Origin: Octopus sinensis
Lineage: Eukaryota
Reading direction: 5' to 3'
Assembly (NCBI RefSeq): GCF_006345805.1
Contig: NC_042997.1
Location: 114,018,001 to 114,082,000, forward strand
DNA: 64,000 nt
The position numbers and the translations under genes were made by a program. The notes under the pieces are model-generated. The model was not told the origin of the DNA and did no database searches. It saw only the letters and a list, made by a program, of their open reading frames with translations. Positions 1 to 9,518 of this stretch are shown here, one piece after another. Position 1 is the first letter of the stretch; the number at the start of each line of letters is the position of its first letter.

Positions 1-686
1 CTCTACAAGCTAAAACATTTATGTATTACATTAAAGAAAGAAAAAGAAAGGTCGATGGTTTATTCTTTAAAATATTTTTATTCGCATTCCCACCTTCGAA
101 TAGAAAGTTAAATATAAAAATATATTAGTGAATTAAAACTAATGTGATGATTACTGCAGTTATTATATGTATAGAGATTATATTTGAAGAAAAATGTAAA
201 AGTCATCGAAATGCTCAATGCTTTTTTTTTTTAATTCAATTTGTCTACTTCAGTCAGATAAGGGAATAACAGATAAGAAATAGTGGTGAGTGCATGCACA
301 CACACAAACACACGTATATATACGCACACATATCTCGGGTCTAAAAGCTGTTTTGTTAATCCACGAAAAAAAAAAACAACTGATAAAACAAAGTCTTTTT
401 AACATTATGAATTCATTCGTCAGAGATACACAGGAATTTTTGGCAATCCTTGAGTTTATGTCTACACCATCACCTTACTAGCAAGCAGCTGCTTTTGTGA
501 TGTTTGACGGCTTCTTTACGCTTCATCGTTTTGAGGTTAATAAAATAAAGTACCAGTCAAGTACTGGGTTCGATGGTATCAATTAATTCCTTCCTATCAA
601 AATTGCTGGCCTTGTGTCTGCCTTAAATCAACCGAAATCGAATGTCAGGTGAAAGGGAAAATAGAAACATTAAGTCAAGGGTGGCC

Positions 687-745
<59 letters not shown>

Positions 746-794
746 GATATCTTACAAAGACAGAGACTGAAGAGATATATAAACAAAAATGTTG

Positions 795-800
795 TTTATT
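795..800 (-). terminator. Candidate polyadenylation signal (AATAAA) of TECR
   Basis: TTTATT on plus equals AATAAA on minus, ~300 nt downstream of the TECR stop, at the end of an AT-rich 3'UTR-like stretch and just before a (TA)n tract. Confidence 0.5.
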
Positions 801-1102
801 AATTCTGTATAACTGATAAAATTATAACAATTCAATGAAAGTAGCACAAAACAAATGAACATGAAGACACTGCAAATAAGAAAAAACAAAAATGACTTCG
901 ATTTTTATGTAGAACGACAAATTGTGTTACATTAAATATCACCAGAATTGGTGCAGTTCAGAGAACATTAAGAAAATGCCAAAATTTACAAATCAAATGT
1001 GATAATGTTAATTAAACAATAAGTTTTCTTTTTCTAAACAGAACACTGAATTGAATCTACATGACAATTCATTTTAGATTTTCACAAATGGAAGTTGTAC
1101 GT

Positions 1103-2017
1103 TTAAAAGATAAATGGGATAATGGCCTTACGCTTTTTTGGATAGTTTTTGAATTCTTTCCTGCTGTTAGAGAGTTTGGCGCGGGCCCAGACGGCCATCT
1201 GATACAAACCGGCAAGAGCAAAAAGTTGAGCAGGTAAGCACTGGGTCATTATAGAAAAGGATTGCCAGGCAATATATTCATAGGTGTAGTTAGGACAGGC
1301 TACCAAGCTAAACAGCCAAGTAAAAGGATTTGTTCCGGGATATGGGATCATACGAACTTTGGAATTTTTCGGTCGTAAGTTTCTGAATGCGAGGTGAATA
1401 GAAAAGTTTCCAAGTTCAGCCAGAATGAATCCAGTCAAAGCGCCATAGATTTGTAGGTCGCCAAACATTGGGGGTGTGTAGAGAGGATGGTTCACGTAGT
1501 AAGCGACGAAAGCAGCGAAACCCCAGTAGTAAAACGAATTCTTAAAGATGTTACGAATTGGCATGGTTGCATGAGAGAAACGGTGTACGAATAGGGTTTC
1601 CAATAAACGTTTGACAAAATGGAATATATAGCAACCGGCAGCAAGGTTCACGACAAAATCTTTCGGATCATTAGCAGCATCAACATCATAGATGAATGAA
1701 GGACGCATGTAAAATATAGCGTAAATGACAGGAGGACCAGCATATTCAGTTAGGAAGACTGTTGTCCATCCTACTTGTGGACCAAGGTCTTTAAAATAGA
1801 GGACAGCCTTTTTATCAAACCCTAAAGTCGATAAAGTTTCCTCGTCGCGTAAAATTCTCCCGCGTGGTTCTTTGCGGAATGAATGTCTTGCCAGAGAAAG
1901 TTTGGAATTAAGCTTCTTATATTCAAGTTTAACATCATGGATTGTTGATGACTGTTTCAGTGAACTAAAAGAAATAATACTTTTCCCGGTTTTGGCATTA
2001 ATAATATCCACTTCCAT
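1103..2017 (-). CDS. TECR: Very-long-chain trans-2,3-enoyl-CoA reductase (TECR/Tsc13/Sc2 family), single-exon, 304 aa
   Basis: Uninterrupted ORF starting in a Kozak-like context (ACCATGG). It has an N-terminal ubiquitin-like segment and the family motifs KDLGPQVGWTTVFLTEYAGP, KRLLETLFVHRFSHATMP, YYWGFAA, CPNYTYE and C-terminal AIIPFIF. Length is close to known animal TECRs (~300-310 aa). Recognised from memory of the family; no search run. Confidence 0.96.
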   Translation of the reverse strand: MEVDIINAKTGKSIISFSSLKQSSTIHDVKLEYKKLNSKLSLARHSFRKEPRGRILRDEETLSTLGFDKKAVLYFKDLGPQVGWTTVFLTEYAGPPVIYAIFYMRPSFIYDVDAANDPKDFVVNLAAGCYIFHFVKRLLETLFVHRFSHATMPIRNIFKNSFYYWGFAAFVAYYVNHPLYTPPMFGDLQIYGALTGFILAELGNFSIHLAFRNLRPKNSKVRMIPYPGTNPFTWLFSLVACPNYTYEYIAWQSFSIMTQCLPAQLFALAGLYQMAVWARAKLSNSRKEFKNYPKKRKAIIPFIF

Positions 2018-2531
2018 GGTAATTGGCGAGAGGAAGACTTGGGACTTCGACAGAAATCGAACAAAGCGACAGGATTACGGCTGCCGAAGAAGCTACGTTA
2101 GGATACAAAGCAATAGTTTCGGAGGATATCTTTGTGGAGAAACTTCAAGTTAATGTCGTTTTGGGAAAATCTTTCTTAAATACACTGATATGAAATCAGA
2201 AATATTATTCTTTTCTGTTTTGAGAAGTCATTAGAAAAATATGAATACAAAATATTGAAACTTTAGAATACTTGCCTTCGCATTTTTTAAACAAAATCTG
2301 GACAGTGAAATTAAAGGGAGAAAATTGCTAGAATGAATAGATTGCTAAGTAATGATTATATTTAGAGTTATTCCCACTTAACGTAAAAGAATTCAAGGGG
2401 AAAATCTTCATCAATATAGTCGTGGTCATCGTCGTCTTCTTCTTCTTCTTCTTCAAGCCCTGTCCCTCCAGAGCTAACCAATGATCAAAAGCAGCTTTTT
2501 TTCTCTCTCTCATTCATAATGCATTGAAGTC

Positions 2532-2574
<43 letters not shown>

Positions 2575-3621
2575 TTTAAGACAGCGGAAAGCGGTTTCAG
2601 AGACATTTGGTTGCTACATTTAGCAGACCATACGATCATACAGCTGCTCCTAGTGTAAGCTGCTTGAATTCAAATTTCGTCACAGCCAACCCTGATTAAG
2701 CTTATAAGACCAGAGGCGCTCCAACTACGACCATACTCATCTTTATTTTGAGACAACAGGGTGAAAATTGATGTAAATCAGGCTGCCAATCCCAGCAGTT
2801 TGAGCTACCGTGTAGAAACGTACTCGTTCACACACAATATTTTATCCACAAGTATTTTAGCATTATAAGTCATTATACATTGGAAGAAAAATGAAAATGA
2901 GGGGAAAATGGACTAGAATAGTTCTAATATTGTATAATTATTGAGTCAGTACTAATAAATGTTGTTGGATTTTAGCAAATGCATCGCAAAATGTTCAGTA
3001 AAAAGCCCCCAGCAAAACGTCAGTTACATTTAAAAGGAACAATTCTCGAAGGTCTGAATAAAATGCTTTCATATTATTTTTATCCCATAATGTTGTAGTT
3101 GTTCAGTTTTGACCTCCCACCAATCTGGTTCTAGCTTTCTAGTATGTTGATTCCAAATTTTGGCACAAGGCCAGCAATCTCGGGGGAGGGGATTACCTCG
3201 ACCCCAGTACTCAATTAGTACTTAATTTATCAAGCCCGAAGGGATGAAAGACAAAGTCGACTTAGATGGAATTTGAACTCAGAACGTGAAGACGGACGAA
3301 ATGCCGTTAAGCATTTTGCCCAGCGTGCTAACAATTCTCCCAACTCACTACCTTCCAGTTTCCGAATATATTGTTCTTGCAGCTTACATCTTGCTTCCAT
3401 TAATTACCCTCTTTGTAATTTGTAATTTGTGTCGTAATTTAGCTGCCTTGTCCTTTCTGCAATGTTCTTTTCTTCTAGCAGGGTCTGTAGTTGGATGCCG
3501 TCCTCGGAGAAACCAATCTTGATGTTTTTTTCACCGGTTTGCCAAGGACTCGTTGAGCTGTCCCATATGTAAACAAAATCTTATCGGAAATTGTTCTTAA
3601 TGCGGACAATATTTATGTACC

Positions 3622-3697
<76 letters not shown>

Positions 3698-3804
3698 ATG
3701 TTCTCCTTACTGGAGTTCAACTAGTTCCTAGCAAAGTGACAAAACATTTAGAGTTAAGAGAGTTCCTGGGGTTAGTAAATCTGTGGTTGAATTAGTACGT
3801 ACGT

Positions 3805-4073
3805 ACGTATGTTTGTTTGTTTGTATGTATGTATGTATGTATGTATGTATGTATGTATGTATGTATGTATGTATGTATGTATGTATGCATACTTGTATGT
3901 ATGTGTGTGTGTATGTATGTATGCATATATGTATGTTTGTTTGTATGCATACTTGTATGTATGTTTGTATGCATACATGTATGTATGTATGTATGTATGC
4001 TTGTATGTATGTTTGTATGCATACTTGTATGTATGTATGTATGTATGCATACTTGTATGTATGTATGTATGTA

Positions 4074-4104
<31 letters not shown>

Positions 4105-4290
4105 ATATATGTATGTTTGTATGCATACTTGTATGTATGTTTGTATGCATACATGTATGTATGTATGTATGTATGTATGCTTGTATGTATGTTTGTATGT
4201 ATGTATGTATGTATGTATGTATGTATGTATGCTTGTATGTATGTATGTATGTATGTATGTATGTATGTATGTATGTATGTATGTATGTAT
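3805..4290. repeat. (TATG)n microsatellite
   Basis: Directly visible; the source of the MYVC/HTYI pseudo-ORFs. Confidence 0.97.
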
Positions 4291-4334
4291 GCTCTGACAG
4301 TTGTTTCGATTCAGTAATATTTAGATAATTAATT

Positions 4335-4500
4335 TATAAAATTAAAATCATTATAAGATGAATCTCTTCAGAGGTAGCAAAGATATACCGATTAGAAGTA
4401 AATGTTAACGGTTTGTAGCCGTTATTTCAACATGTATTTCTAATCGGTATATCTTTACTACTCCTGAAGAGATTCACCTTATAATGATTTTAATTTTATA
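4335..4500. mobile_element. Short palindromic (hairpin) MITE-like element
   Basis: TATAAAATTAAAATCATTATAAG..GAATCTCTTCAG..AAAGATATACCGATTAGAA is mirrored by TTCTAATCGGTATATCTTT..CTGAAGAGATTC..TTATAATGATTTTAATTTTATA. Confidence 0.7.
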
Positions 4501-4571
4501 TATATAATGATTTTAATTATATAAATATATATATATATGTGTGTGTTTGTGTGTATGTGTGTGTGTGTGTG

Positions 4572-5305
4572 TGTAGTGGATCTTGCATGCATGAAGTGGA
4601 TTCGATCCGCCACAACCAAATTTAAATTAACACTGCAACAGAACTTTTCCCACGATGGAACAATGATTTTTCTCTGACAGCAGTTTTATATTTTCCGGAT
4701 ACCTTTGGCTAGGCCGAAATAATGTCTTCACCACTTGACCCTTTCTAACCTCTTCTACTTCACCAAAAGCTAGAATAGAGATAACAAGACCACCAACTAA
4801 ATCTATTGTTCTCAATGATATATCTATCCTTCTAGATAGTTATATAAGCAAGCATACCCCAAGCAAAAATTAGTTCGTCACAGTCGGTGACGACTCAGCT
4901 AAGTCTGGCTGACCAGCTAGAACATTGGTCAGAGGGAGAAATGGAAGTTTACTGCCAGCAACTGTGAGACAACGTTCCACACCCTACAATTCTCACTAGC
5001 TCTAATTCTATTCTCCTACAACATCATTCTATCTCTCTCGGTAATTACTACTACTAAACAATGAAGAGGACACTATAACAAACTTTACTTCGCATGCTTT
5101 TGGATGTATCAAAACCTTCTCGTCGACGCAAGGTATTGTTACGGTAAATAAATACTTTCTTAAAACTTCATGCATTGTCTATCTTTCACATCTTACAACA
5201 TGCAATAATAACAATAACTTTTTATCGTCACATTTGCTGATTTCGACTCATCAGAATATTGTGTACCTAATCAATCTAAAACCGTTACAATTGGTGACCG
5301 TCGAC
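4572..5305 (+). mobile_element. LTR-like sequence (TGTA...TACA, 4572-5289) followed by a PBS-like TGGTGACCGTCGAC
   Basis: TGTA/TACA termini, AATAAA at 5147-5152, and a TGG-starting motif 2 nt after the end. A diverged second copy starts at 37742. Confidence 0.55.
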
Positions 5306-5393
5306 TTCAACTAAAAACTTTATCGTCACACCAGCTGACTCCTGACATATCTTCATAATATGTACCAAATCAACATAAAGCCGTTACATACAT

Positions 5394-5472
<79 letters not shown>

Positions 5473-5619
5473 AAGAGAGGGAGAGAGATCGACGTGTTGC
5501 TTAGTGGTTAGGGTAATCAGCTCACGACCTTACGGTCGTGATTGTGGCAACGTGTTTTGTCCTTGAGCAAGACACTTATTTGACATTGCTCTGGTCCACT
5601 CAGCCCTCGTCATCATAAC

Positions 5620-6200
5620 CAACGGAGTGTCAGATATCAACGAAACAGCGAAGGACATTTTCTATAACAATGGCAACGGAGCTTATGTGACGATATTGCC
5701 TGCATCAACCACTAAATCTCAAAGGGTTCTTTTACAAGGCGTGACACCTTTATCCTGATTCGATTCAGGTGGGTGTCAGTGAAATTCTGTGATTTCGAGC
5801 ATCCCAGAACTTTCAACAGCGACCTGCATGAAAAGACATATATCTGTCAATGGCTTGTTTTAGTTATCTTCCACTTCTGTCCAAAGCGGATGCTAGCTTT
5901 CATGTTTACAACCGAAGCCAAAAGACTGGCACTGGAGACTGTGTCACAACACGCAGCATCTCAGATGAGCAACATTCCTCACTCGAACGGAAAAAGGGTT
6001 CTATCACTTCTGGACACCGACCGTCACCGTAATGAAGGCCAATGGATTTCAGTTGTAATAGAAATTGGCTGCATCGATGTTCCTCTTAATAACATCGTTC
6101 AATGTACTGTAGCTATGGAGAAATGTCCTGCATTGTAACGACAAGAGCGCGAGTGCAGTCCGAACATGTCAACAGTTGTTTCACTGCAGCATTTATGTGA
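5620..6200 (-). mobile_element. Degenerate restriction-like-endonuclease region of a CRE/R2-like non-LTR retrotransposon
   Basis: The frameshifted translation gives ordered motifs: GLHSRSCRYNAG.FS, TLNDVIKRNIDAA, GLHYGDGRCP, LI*DAACCDT (W to stop), VAVESSG, WLMQAIS. These match the H..C..G....H..ND / DG.RPD / WD.T..DT / AVET.G pattern of CRE-type REL domains. Confidence 0.65.
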
Positions 6201-7513
6201 CTTACACACAATAATGCTGAGATCATCATCATCATCGTTTAACGTCCGTTTTCCATGCTAGCATGGGTTGGAAGATTTTGACTGAGGGCTGGCAAACCAG
6301 ATGGCTGCACTAGGCTCCAGTCTGATCTGGCAGTGTTTCTACAGCTGGATGCTCTTCCTAACGCCAACCACTCCGTGAGTGTAGTGGGTGCTTTATACGT
6401 GCCACCGGCTGGCAACGACCACGATCGGTTGGTGGTTTTTACGTACCACCGACAAGGAAGCCAGTCAAGGCGGCGCTGGCATCGGCCACGTACAGATAGT
6501 GCTTTTTACGTGCCATTGGCGCAGGTGCCAGGGGAGGATGGAAACGGCCACGAACGGTTGGTGCTTTTTACATGCCACCGGTCAAAGCGGCGCTGGCATC
6601 GGCCACGTACGGATGGTGCATTTTACATGTCACTGGCACAGGTATCGCAACCACAATTTCCATACTGATTTATCCATTACTGGATGATCCAGAAAGTGAA
6701 GCAACAGGCCAGCAGCGATCGCCTTCATAAAATAAAAGTAAAATAATGTTCAGTAGTAGTTGGCTAAACTCGGCGATGAAATGAAACTCTAAGATTTTTT
6801 TTCTCCACGAAACTGAAAGTTTATTTTGAAATTGCTCGTGTATGGAAAAAAATTGTTGCTCTTGTTACGCGGCAAGAATCTGTGAGAATTGCAGACAGCA
6901 TCATTTACATTGATAAAGTGATTGAAGGAAATAATTTCGTACGATATATTTATAGGCAATCTTTTGTTTTGACTCATATTTATACGATGAACAATGAAAG
7001 CACAATTAATTCATAATTAATCAGCGGTATGGCTGTAACGAACCAATACGTTTGGTTAATCACCATACATTACCAGTATTATCCCAATTATTGGGATGTA
7101 GCCAGCCCACTTATGCATACCTTTCCATCTTGGGACACAAAACTCTGCTTGCGAAGAACTGTTGAGGCAAGTGAAATCGAAATCGATCAAAAATCAATGA
7201 AAATTGTAGTTGTGATACCAGTGTCGGTGGCACGTAAAAGAACCATCCGAACATGGCCGTTGCCAGCGTCACCTCGACTGGCCTCCGTGCCGGTGGCACG
7301 TAAAAACCACCTACCGATCGTGACAGTTGCCAGCCTCCCCTGGCACCTGTGCCGGTGGCACGTAAAATGCACCTACTACACTCATGGAGTGGTTGGCGTT
7401 AGGAAGGGCATCCAGCTGTAGAAACACTGCCAGATCAGACTGGGCCTGGTGCAGCCTCCTGCCTTCCCAGACCCCAGTCGAAACGTCCAACCCATGGAAC
7501 GCGGACGTTAAAC

Positions 7514-7549
<36 letters not shown>

Positions 7550-7818
7550 ATTTAAAAAAATTAAACTGTAATAAATCAAAAACATTTTATTTTTAAAAAA
7601 TCGATTTAACAATTAGTAATTTGTTGCATCATGATTCTGTCGCTTTTATTTCATTTCAAGGAAAACAATTCTTCATTTTCGTCAGTGCCAGCTTTCTGTC
7701 ATATTACAATCTCTGACGACTTCAGTAGTTTCACTTTCGTAATCATAAAAGGAAACATCGCCTTAGATAATATCCAAGGTTGTCTCTGATAGTGTAGATA
7801 TGTTTTACTATAGGCTGC

Positions 7819-8374
7819 GGCAAGACTTCCGCCCCCACCCACCCTTTTTAAAAACTTTTCGGCTACGGGGAATACGAGTCTGCAAAAAAAAAATTGGCAA
7901 AAATCGACATTTCTAAATTACCACCCCCACCTCACCCCCATTTCCTTCATTTTAAACTTTTTTCAGAAGTTTTTCTCTCTCAAAATATGCGGAAAAATAC
8001 GGAGATTATGATTCTGAAAAAATTTCCAAAAATCATAGTAAAATTTTTTTTTTAAGAATTTTTTTTTCTAAATATGCAGAAAAACACGGACATCAGGATT
8101 CGGACAAAAATTTCAAAACATTTCTGTACTTACCGTTACGGTTTTATGGTTAGGGTTAGAGTTAGGGTTTTAGGGTTAGGGTTAGTGTTGCAGAAAAAAG
8201 TAAAAAATGAAGTTGGGGAGGAAATCAGGGTGGGGAAATTTTCACAATGCCGATTTTTGGCAATTTTCCGGAACCTCCGTATCCGAAAACGGGGATTTTT
8301 GGCAAAAAAAAATTTTTGAATAAACAAATTTAGGAGAAAATGGTGGAGTTGGGGGGGGGGGCGGAAGTCTTTCC
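7819..8374. mobile_element. Non-autonomous TIR element (Merlin-like by termini) with internal TTAGGG-like repeats
   Basis: TIRs GGCAAGACTTCCGCCCC / GGGGCGGAAGTCTTTCC with degenerate subterminal inverted similarity. Flanking 8-mers are TAGGCTGC (7811-7818) and TAGGCTAC (8375-8382). TTAGGG-like array at ~8150-8185. Confidence 0.7.
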
Positions 8375-8530
8375 TAGGCTACTTTCCACACAAGGAACCA
8401 ACGCTAGCTAATTATAAAAGACTCCAATAAATTTTAAATGACAAGTAACCATTAATTTATCGCCGTTTAAATTTTTAAAATAAATTCGTTTCAGTTATAT
8501 ATTTCAATATCTCTTAAAAATGAACCCGGT

Positions 8531-9408
8531 CAAACTAAAGCGTTTGACCCGGTCATAAAAACAAAAAAAATAGTGTAATATGTGTAAAACAACTTGCTCT
8601 AAACGAATATGACAAAAAAAAAATGCGCGCTCGCGAAAGGGGTGGGGGAGAGGACCCGGAAAATTCACATCTTTAGTCCATGGCCTTTAAACTATAGTGT
8701 TTGACCCGGGCCGGAAAAAAAGAAAAAAGAAAGTGTAATTGGTGTAAAACTACTTGTTCTAAACGATTATCAAGAACACACACACACACACAAAGAGAAA
8801 TGGTTGGTTCAAGGCAAGTGTGCATGGAACTGAATTTAAATAAGCAAGAAAGATAGTATCAAAGAAAAGGCCATAGCACCATCTTTAGTATCTGTTGTTG
8901 TTATTATTATTATTATTATGGAGTTGAATGTGTGTGTGGTGAAGTTATTAATTATCAATATCAATACATTAACCAACACCATTGAAGTGAAATAATAGTT
9001 TCTATACTTTTGGTTTGGTACTGCTGAATTGAGTCAAAGACTATATAATACAAGTCAGCAGAAAAAAAGAAGAAGAAAAATGCGATATCCATAACAGTAA
9101 AGAAATAAGACCTCCCCCAAACAGTAACCCTTGTGTTTAAAATCTCCCGAACAAAAAGAAGAGAGGATGTTTGGCTATGGACTACCTTGATCTTTCTATG
9201 TTGTGGTTTAGCCACTATTTACACTATTTTTTTTGTTTGTTTTTGTGCTCGGGTCAGACGCTTTCGAAAATTCACGATGTGTGACACCCCCCCCCCTTTC
9301 GCGAGCGCGCATTTTTTTTTGTCATATTCGTTTAGAGCAAGTCGTTTTACACTTATTACACTATCTTTTTTTTGTTGTTTTTATGACCGGGTCAAACGCT
9401 TTAGTTTG
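8531..9408. mobile_element. Foldback/Mutator-like MITE with long modular TIRs and a 12-bp TSD
   Basis: 8531-~8642 is the reverse complement of ~9291-9408. A second degenerate copy of the module lies on each side (~8697-8770 and ~9205-9255). Exact direct repeat AATGAACCCGGT at 8519-8530 and 9409-9420. Confidence 0.8.
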
Positions 9409-9502
9409 AATGAACCCGGTTTTATATTTATAGAAGAATTATTTATATATCACCGGTTATCAGAAAGTGGTGAATCAGACCAACTTTTTAAATTCATTTA
9501 TT

Positions 9503-9518
9503 ATGAGTTTTCTTTCAG
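9503..9518 (+). CDS. BOLA1: BOLA1 coding exon 1 (MSFLS-G)
   Basis: ATGAGTTTTCTTTCAG|gtatgt: strong donor, phase 1 matching exon 2. Least certain exon because it is short and not conserved. Confidence 0.7.

Noticed and set aside
1872-2153. 93-aa ORF antisense to the TECR 5' end
   Set aside because: Shadow ORF of a real coding sequence; no independent evidence.
3728-4328. Cluster of 90-180 aa ORFs (MYVC/HTYI repeats) on both strands
   Set aside because: Translations of the (TATG)n microsatellite; the same applies to 46727-47535, 51333-51799 and 59762-60218.
4335-4500. CTGAAGA within the small palindrome as a further hammerhead
   Set aside because: No stem II followed by GAAA, and no cleavage triplet in the required positions.
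5773-6138. 121-aa plus-strand ORF
   Set aside because: Antisense to the degenerate REL-endonuclease relic, which explains the composition.
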